Shown here piece after piece: positions 57,790-64,000 of a stretch of 64,000 bases of DNA; the stretch's first letter is position 1; every line of letters starts with the position of its first letter. Made by a program: the position numbers and the translations under genes. This stretch comes from PVC group bacterium (GTDB taxonomy: Bacteria > Omnitrophota > Gorgyraeia > B26-G9). The DNA lies in NCBI GenBank assembly GCA_024231215.1, contig JAAEQR010000195.1, positions 433,349 through 497,348 on the forward strand. The letters are read 5' to 3'. The notes under the pieces were generated by a model that was not told the DNA's origin, ran no database searches, and was given only the letters and a program-made list of their open reading frames with translations.

Positions 57790-60420
57790 GTGAAAGATTT
57801 AGTGAAAAATGTTCAAAAAGTACTATCTTCTAAACGAGATATTATTTTATTGATATTGATTGTCCTTGTGTCATTGACTGTAAGAGGTGTTTATCTGCAC
57901 CAATTACAGTCCACTCCTTTATTTGGATTCTTTTCGGCTGATTCCTATCTGTACAATATACTTGCTCGCCAAATACAGCAGGGAAATTTTACTTCTCTTG
58001 ATTCAACCTGCATGAATCCATTATATCCTGTTTTTTTGGCTGTTTTATACTATATTCTGGGACAGACTTTTATTGTTGTTGCAATCTTTCAAATAGCGCT
58101 GGATCTTATTACTTGTCTAATGCTTTATTTTATAGCAATAAGGGTATTTAAGAGAAAGAGTGTAGGGTTGATTGCAGCATTTATTTATAGTTGTTATGGT
58201 ATTGCGATTTTCTTTACTGGATTTTTGCTGGGAACTACTTTAGTTACATTTCTCTATGTATTACTGATGTTTATGGTTTTATCAGCTTACGATCGGGATA
58301 GCCGGGTGCTTTGGTTATGCTCTGGGATTATAGCCGGACTAAGCTTACTTTTACGGGCAAATCTATTAATTTTCCTGCCGTTTTTAATCTTCTGGTATTG
58401 GAATAGTACAGGCCATACTTTAAAGCGGAAAGTTGTTGCTATGCTTTTGCTTATATTCGGCATATGTATAGCTCTTTTACCCTTTGCCATTCGTAATTAT
58501 AAGATTGAAAATCGCATATCTCCGTTTTCGGTGCATGGAGGCCTTAATTTCTATATCGGTAATAATCCGCAAGCCAGCGGTACTTATATGACATTACCGG
58601 GAATTTCCGGGTCGCCTTTGGAACAGGCGGATAGCTCAATGGCTATTGCGCGTAGAGAGACAGCAAAAGAGTTGTCTGCGGTAGAAGTATCGCAATATTG
58701 GGTTTCCAAGGCATGGTCTTTTATTCTCGGCAAACCAGGACACTCTATACGCTTGTTGCTAAGAAAGGCTGTTTTGTTCTGGAGCGCAGAAGAACTTCAG
58801 GGGAATTTAAATTATTATTTTTGCCGTAAATTCATTCCAATATTAAGATTGCCGCTTTTGCCGTTTGTCTTGATTGGTCCTTTGGGGCTATTGGGAATGA
58901 TATTTGCTCTTAGGGATAAGAAAAAAGAACCGGTATTGTTGATTTTTTTCATTATTGCTTATCTCGTATCACTTGTGCTTTATTTTGTAACATCACGTCA
59001 TCGCTTTCCCTGTATACCGTTTATCATTATTTTCGCTGCATATGCCGTAGATAGTTTCACTGCATTGCTTTTTAATAAGAAGAAAAAAGAAACGGGCATA
59101 GCTGTAATTTTATTATTGATATTTATTGTTTTTTCTTTGGCTCCCGGGCGGAGTGCAGAAGCCGAGAAGAATTTTTTTGTTGCTTATACAAATTTAGGAA
59201 TGGCGTATTATCGGCAGGGTAAGATAGATAAAGCGGTTAAAGAATATGAACATGCAATCAGACTTAATCCTCGATATGCAGAAGCTCAGTATAAGCTGGG
59301 CATCATATATTTGGAAAAAAATGAACATGATAAAGCCATAGAGACATTTCGAAAAGTCGTAAAGTTAAATCCTTATGATACGGATGCGTATAATAATTTG
59401 GGTGTTGTCTTCACAAAACAAGGGTTATGGGAAGAGGCGATACGTGAATTTAAATTTGCGCTTTCGGTTAATTCACGATCAGCTGATACGTATAATAATC
59501 TTGGCATAGTTTACAGTGAGATGGGGATGCTTCAAGATGCTGTAAAATATTATCAAAAAGCAATTGATTTGGATCCTCAATATACAGAGGCTTATTACAA
59601 TCTCGGGACGGGTTATCAGAAGCAGGGGATGATGCAGAAGGCGATTGAAACATATAAGAAAACTATAGATGTAAATCCCTCCTTCATAAGTACTTATAAT
59701 AATCTCGCTTTTATTTATGAGAAAAAAGGAATGCTTAGTGAGGCGATGAAGGTGCATGAAAAAGCAGCATCTTTAAATCCTAAATCCGCAATTATTTATT
59801 ATAATCTAGGTAATATTTATTACAAAAGGAGAAAGTTTTCTGAGGCGCAGCAGGCTTATCAAATGGCTTTAAAAATTAATCCTGATTTTGCTTCGGCACA
59901 TTATAATCTAGGCTTGGTTTTTTACAAATTAGGAAAGAAAGACAAAGCAAAGATAGAATATGATAAATCTGCGCAATTAAAAAAATCATTTGCAGATATT
60001 CCCTACGCGCCAAAAATAAATACTAATAAACCGGATAATTCTAATCTTGAAAGAAATCTGGAGACAGAAGGTGATTATGGTATGGGCAATATATTCCTGG
60101 CGGAAAGTCAGTTTGATGATGCAATAGATCAATATAAAAAAGTTTTAGAAGCTGATCCTGGTCATGCTGATGCTCGCTATAATCTGGGGGTAGCTTATCA
60201 GGGTAAGGGAGATATGATTCAGGCGGTGGTTGAATATCAAAAAACGATTCAAATTAATCCGGCTCATGCTGAGGCTTATAATAATCTAGCTGTATATAAT
60301 TACTATGAAAATAATTTTGAACGCGCTATCGATTATGCGGATAAAGCATTGGATCTTGGTTATAAGGTTGATTCTCGTTTCTTGGAAATGATAAAAATAC
60401 ATAGAAAAGAAGAAAAATAA
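57790..60420 (+). CDS. PMT_2/GT39-like membrane glycosyltransferase with C-terminal TPRs
   Basis: ADSYLY, PLYPVFLA, GGLNFYIGNN and RHRFP motifs, multi-TM, many TPR repeats. Confidence 0.82.
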   Translation: MKDLVKNVQKVLSSKRDIILLILIVLVSLTVRGVYLHQLQSTPLFGFFSADSYLYNILARQIQQGNFTSLDSTCMNPLYPVFLAVLYYILGQTFIVVAIFQIALDLITCLMLYFIAIRVFKRKSVGLIAAFIYSCYGIAIFFTGFLLGTTLVTFLYVLLMFMVLSAYDRDSRVLWLCSGIIAGLSLLLRANLLIFLPFLIFWYWNSTGHTLKRKVVAMLLLIFGICIALLPFAIRNYKIENRISPFSVHGGLNFYIGNNPQASGTYMTLPGISGSPLEQADSSMAIARRETAKELSAVEVSQYWVSKAWSFILGKPGHSIRLLLRKAVLFWSAEELQGNLNYYFCRKFIPILRLPLLPFVLIGPLGLLGMIFALRDKKKEPVLLIFFIIAYLVSLVLYFVTSRHRFPCIPFIIIFAAYAVDSFTALLFNKKKKETGIAVILLLIFIVFSLAPGRSAEAEKNFFVAYTNLGMAYYRQGKIDKAVKEYEHAIRLNPRYAEAQYKLGIIYLEKNEHDKAIETFRKVVKLNPYDTDAYNNLGVVFTKQGLWEEAIREFKFALSVNSRSADTYNNLGIVYSEMGMLQDAVKYYQKAIDLDPQYTEAYYNLGTGYQKQGMMQKAIETYKKTIDVNPSFISTYNNLAFIYEKKGMLSEAMKVHEKAASLNPKSAIIYYNLGNIYYKRRKFSEAQQAYQMALKINPDFASAHYNLGLVFYKLGKKDKAKIEYDKSAQLKKSFADIPYAPKINTNKPDNSNLERNLETEGDYGMGNIFLAESQFDDAIDQYKKVLEADPGHADARYNLGVAYQGKGDMIQAVVEYQKTIQINPAHAEAYNNLAVYNYYENNFERAIDYADKALDLGYKVDSRFLEMIKIHRKEEK

Positions 60421-60435
60421 TACAAAGGGTGTGTT

Positions 60436-61599
60436 ATGGCAAAAATCAAGATAGCGCATATTGTTACTCGTATGGATTGGGGAGGGTCTCCGGATATTGT
60501 GCGCATCCTATGTGAATATGCGGATAAAGAAAAATACGAGGTAAAACTTGTTTTTGGTCAGACAAAACATCCCTCGGAAAAGACAAATCGTTTTTTTCGG
60601 AAATTTCCAATGCAACTTTTGAATGTGCCTCATTTGCGTCGGGATATAAATATCTGGTTTGATTTTTTAGCTCTGGTAAGGCTATATGTACTTATAAAAA
60701 AAGAGAATTTTGATGTTGTGCATACACATACAGCCAAAGCCGGCATGCTGGGTAGAATAGCCGCAAAATTAGCTGGCGTGAAAGTAATTGTCCACACTTC
60801 TCATGGGCATAATTTTTATGGTTATTTTGGCTTGGTAATGAGTAAATTAATTGTGGTGTTGGAGCGCTGGGCTGTAGGTTTTACGAATAGACTTGTTGTT
60901 CTTACAGATTTAGAAAAACGAGATTTGATCGCTTACCAAGTTGCGGATGAATCTAAAATATCAAAAATTCATACTGCGGTTGAGTTTGAGGAATTAGGTG
61001 GCTTAAGCGATGTTGACCGGGAATTTAAAAAAACACAGATGCGGATTCATCCGGGTGAGTTAGTTGTCGGTATGGTGGGGAGGCTGGAGCCGATTAAAGG
61101 TGTTGAATATTGTGTAGAAGCGGCGATTCAGTTGTGTAATAAACATAAAAATATCCGGTTTATGCTTGTTGGTTCAGGAAGTTTGCTTGCTCTTTTGCGT
61201 GATAAGGTGCAAGCTGTTGGTCTTAATGAGAGGATAAGTTTTACGGGGTGGCGTGATGATGTACGGCAAATAATGCCGATATTTGATGTGCTTGTATTGC
61301 CATCTTTAAATGAGGCGGTAGGGCTTGTTTTGATTGAAGCACAGGCTCTGGGGATCCCTGTGCTTGCAACGGCAGTGGGAGGGATTCCGGAAGTTGTTGA
61401 AAACGGGAAAAGTGGTATTTTGGTGCAGCCTAAAGATGTTTCTGGATTTGCTCAGGCGATTGAAAGCTTGATCCTGGATAAAGCAAAAAGAGAGGCAATG
61501 GGTGAGTTTGCTAAAGGGTATGTGAAAGATAAATATGATCCATTGGATTTGGTCGAAAAAATAGAGAGTATTTATGAACAAATATTGGCTAGTAAGTGA
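60436..61599 (+). CDS. GT4 family glycosyltransferase
   Basis: VHTHTAKAG, VGRLEPIKG and LPSLNEAVGLVLIEA motifs. Confidence 0.92.
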   Translation: MAKIKIAHIVTRMDWGGSPDIVRILCEYADKEKYEVKLVFGQTKHPSEKTNRFFRKFPMQLLNVPHLRRDINIWFDFLALVRLYVLIKKENFDVVHTHTAKAGMLGRIAAKLAGVKVIVHTSHGHNFYGYFGLVMSKLIVVLERWAVGFTNRLVVLTDLEKRDLIAYQVADESKISKIHTAVEFEELGGLSDVDREFKKTQMRIHPGELVVGMVGRLEPIKGVEYCVEAAIQLCNKHKNIRFMLVGSGSLLALLRDKVQAVGLNERISFTGWRDDVRQIMPIFDVLVLPSLNEAVGLVLIEAQALGIPVLATAVGGIPEVVENGKSGILVQPKDVSGFAQAIESLILDKAKREAMGEFAKGYVKDKYDPLDLVEKIESIYEQILASK

Positions 61600-63022
61600 T
61601 ATTAGAAAGATTCATATTTTTTTATTTATATGTATTTTGCTTATATCTGGGATAAAGTCTTATGCTTTTGAAGAAGAACAAATCCCGGCGTTAATTCATA
61701 TAAGTTCTACGGTTAGTGACGGCAGGTATGAACTCTCGGATATAGTGGATGAGGCAGAGAAAGCTGGATTTAAAGCCGTTGTTTTTACGGATCGTTTACT
61801 TATGCGTTGGGAATATGGGCTGTGGCCGTTGCGGAAAATAATAAAGAGTACGGTTGAAAATAATTCTATATTTAGATTCGGAATCGAAAAATATCTACAA
61901 CAGATTGAAATATTGAGTCGGAATAATCCGGAAATGGTTCTTATCGGCGGTGTGGATACGACGCCTTTTTATTATTGGGAAGGAGATATGTTTAAACAGG
62001 GGTTAACACTTAACGATTCCCATAAACACATGCTTGTGGTTGGACTGGATAACCCCCAAGATTTAAGTCAAATGCCGGTTATGGGAAATAGCGCTGCATT
62101 ATATTCAGGCTTTAAATTTGTGGATTTTTGGCCGTTTTTAATAATCATAGCGGGGATTATATGCTTAGTTAGGGTAAATAAATATCGAATAGTGAGTATA
62201 TTGTTATTGATAATCGGAGGGGTTTTTCTGGTTAATAACTTTCCATTTAGGACGACAGTATTTGATCAGTATCAGGGAGATAAGGGAATTCTGCCTTATC
62301 AAAATCTTATTAATCATGTTGAGGCAAAAGGTGGTATGACGTTTTGGACTCATCCGGAAGCTGAAAATATTCAAAAAACATCAAAAGCAGATATTGTTAC
62401 TAAAAAACATCCGGAAGATTTATTGAAGAGTAAAGATTATACCGGCTTTACTGTATTTTATGAGGGATATCAAGAAGTTGGTCGTCCCGGTGGTGTTTGG
62501 GATGAGGTGCTTTTGCAATACATAAGCGGTAAACGCCAAAAGCCGGTTTGGGCAATCGGGGGGATGGCCTTTGATTACTCAGGCAGTCTTGAGGATCGGT
62601 GTTTGAGTCTTAGGAACATATTGCTAATAAAAGACTTGGATAAAATGTCAGCACTTGAGTCTTTTCGAAAAGGCCGGTTGTATGTGTTGGCTGGTAAACA
62701 GGCATCTGGATTTATGCTTGATGACTTTGTTGTTTTAGATAAGTCTCAGGGGGCAAAAAGCGGGATGGGACAGACATTGTTGTTGCAAGGTGCTGTGCCT
62801 CATTTAAAAATAAACGGCCATTTTTTAAATAGCAGTGCTCAGGAGCTTAAAATAAAACTAATAAAAAATAAAGAAGTAGTGAAAACATTTGTTGTCCATG
62901 CACCGCTTAATATAGAATATAGCGATGGATCATTTAACTCGGATGCTTATTATCGGGTGGAAATTCAGGGAAAAGGGTTGCATGTAATTACAAACCCCAT
63001 TTTTGTAAGAAAGGAATTATGA
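61574..63022 (+). CDS. PHP-like (amidohydrolase-fold) membrane-associated protein
   Basis: IHISSTVSDG, VFTD, KHML and WTHP resemble degenerate PHP motifs. Internal TM hairpin and C-terminal TNPIFV. Confidence 0.55.
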   Translation: MNKYWLVSDIRKIHIFLFICILLISGIKSYAFEEEQIPALIHISSTVSDGRYELSDIVDEAEKAGFKAVVFTDRLLMRWEYGLWPLRKIIKSTVENNSIFRFGIEKYLQQIEILSRNNPEMVLIGGVDTTPFYYWEGDMFKQGLTLNDSHKHMLVVGLDNPQDLSQMPVMGNSAALYSGFKFVDFWPFLIIIAGIICLVRVNKYRIVSILLLIIGGVFLVNNFPFRTTVFDQYQGDKGILPYQNLINHVEAKGGMTFWTHPEAENIQKTSKADIVTKKHPEDLLKSKDYTGFTVFYEGYQEVGRPGGVWDEVLLQYISGKRQKPVWAIGGMAFDYSGSLEDRCLSLRNILLIKDLDKMSALESFRKGRLYVLAGKQASGFMLDDFVVLDKSQGAKSGMGQTLLLQGAVPHLKINGHFLNSSAQELKIKLIKNKEVVKTFVVHAPLNIEYSDGSFNSDAYYRVEIQGKGLHVITNPIFVRKEL

Positions 63023-63723
63023 TTATTTCGGTGCATCAACCGCAGTATTTACCCTGGCTGGGATACTTTGACAAGATAGATAAAAGTGATTGCTTTGTTT
63101 TTCTGGATACGGTACAATATAAGATGAGGGAATTTCAAAACCGTAATAAAATCCGAACCAAGGACGGTTGGATATGGTTGACTGTCCCGGTAAAAACAAA
63201 GGGGCATTTTCACCAAGATATTAGCGCCGTCCTAATTGACGATGAGTCAGACTGGGCCGTTGAACACAAAAAGAGTTTAATGGCTTGGTATGGGAAGGCG
63301 CCTTTTTTTCGGCAATATTTTCCTTTTTTTGAGGATGTTTTTGCCAGGAGATGGGATCGTCTTGTTGATTTAAATATTTATATAATAAAATACTTACTGC
63401 AGGAATTGCAGATAGATACGCCTTTATATTTTGAATCTGAAGTAGGTACGACGCAAAAAAGTACTGCCCGGATAGTGGAAATTTGTCAAAAGCTTAAAGC
63501 AGATACCTATTTATCCGGTACTGGCGGGAAAGATTACATGGATGAAGGGTTGTTTGTGCAGACAGGGATTGGTTTGCAATATCAGCATTTTAATCACCCC
63601 TGTTACAACCAGCAGTTTATTTCTGCCCAACATCCATTTACTCCATATATGTCGGTTCTTGATTTATTGTTTAACGAAGGACCAAGAAGCATAGATATTA
63701 TAAAAGAAACTAATCACTTGTAA
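63019..63723 (+). CDS. WbqC family protein
   Basis: HQPQYLPWLGYF, FQNRNKI, YLSG.GGKDY and MSVLDLLFN motifs. Confidence 0.92.
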   Translation: MIISVHQPQYLPWLGYFDKIDKSDCFVFLDTVQYKMREFQNRNKIRTKDGWIWLTVPVKTKGHFHQDISAVLIDDESDWAVEHKKSLMAWYGKAPFFRQYFPFFEDVFARRWDRLVDLNIYIIKYLLQELQIDTPLYFESEVGTTQKSTARIVEICQKLKADTYLSGTGGKDYMDEGLFVQTGIGLQYQHFNHPCYNQQFISAQHPFTPYMSVLDLLFNEGPRSIDIIKETNHL

Positions 63724-63758
63724 CTCGTAATTTGTAACTACCGAGCGGAGCGAGGTTT

Positions 63759-64000
63759 ATGTACGAACAATATTGGGGGCTTACCGAGAAACCATTTGAG
63801 AATATGCCAAATCCGGATTTTCTCTATAATTCACAGCAGCATGAAGAAGGATTGTCCCGGCTTTTATATATAGTTAGTGAAGGCAAAGGTGCTGGGTTGC
63901 TGACTGGTGTTTTTGGCTGTGGAAAAACTCTTCTAGGACGGACATTATTTAAAGAACTTGACCGTGATATTTACAAAACCGCATTTATTTCTAATCCGTA
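63759..64000 (+). CDS. ExeA/GspA-like AAA ATPase, N-terminal part (truncated by right edge, not in ORF track)
   Basis: MYEQYWGLTEKPFENMPNPDFLY..QHEEGLSRL..LLTGVFGCGKT. Confidence 0.85.
   Translation, partial: MYEQYWGLTEKPFENMPNPDFLYNSQQHEEGLSRLLYIVSEGKGAGLLTGVFGCGKTLLGRTLFKELDRDIYKTAFISNP

Noticed and set aside
57690-57790. Possible riboswitch between the divergent rSAM and GT-C genes
   Set aside because: I could not identify a conserved aptamer motif. An Rfam scan would be needed.

Overview
AT-rich bacterial window. The gene style suggests a PVC-superphylum organism such as Ca. Omnitrophota, but that is an inference. From left to right: (1) the end of a DegT-type aminotransferase and an ABC-2 exporter; (2) a SurA-like gene followed by a RiPP-type maturation cassette (S26 peptidase, nucleotidyltransferase, HprK-like kinase, PqqD/RRE, radical SAM/SPASM) that runs into a sensor kinase and a sigma-54 activator; (3) a 1612-aa protein combining a signal peptide with an intact SecA-type ATPase, bracketed by a perfect 50-bp direct repeat; (4) a sigma-54 promoter ahead of a 6807-aa secreted repeat protein (27 Ig-like ~119-aa repeats, C-terminal beta-propeller) plus a second propeller protein; (5) a divergent T2SS/T4P-like cluster with a ParA and a PilM-N fusion carrying a ParB-like N-terminal peptide; (6) a glycosylation locus. 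The main unannotated find is a 53-aa ORF at 39150..39311 (-), missing from the ORF track. It has a perfect Shine-Dalgarno, a YxxP RRE-type leader, three Cys and a C-terminal Ser, and is the likely precursor for the cassette about 30 kb away. Together these suggest a linked RiPP, sigma-54, giant surface protein and T2SS system.
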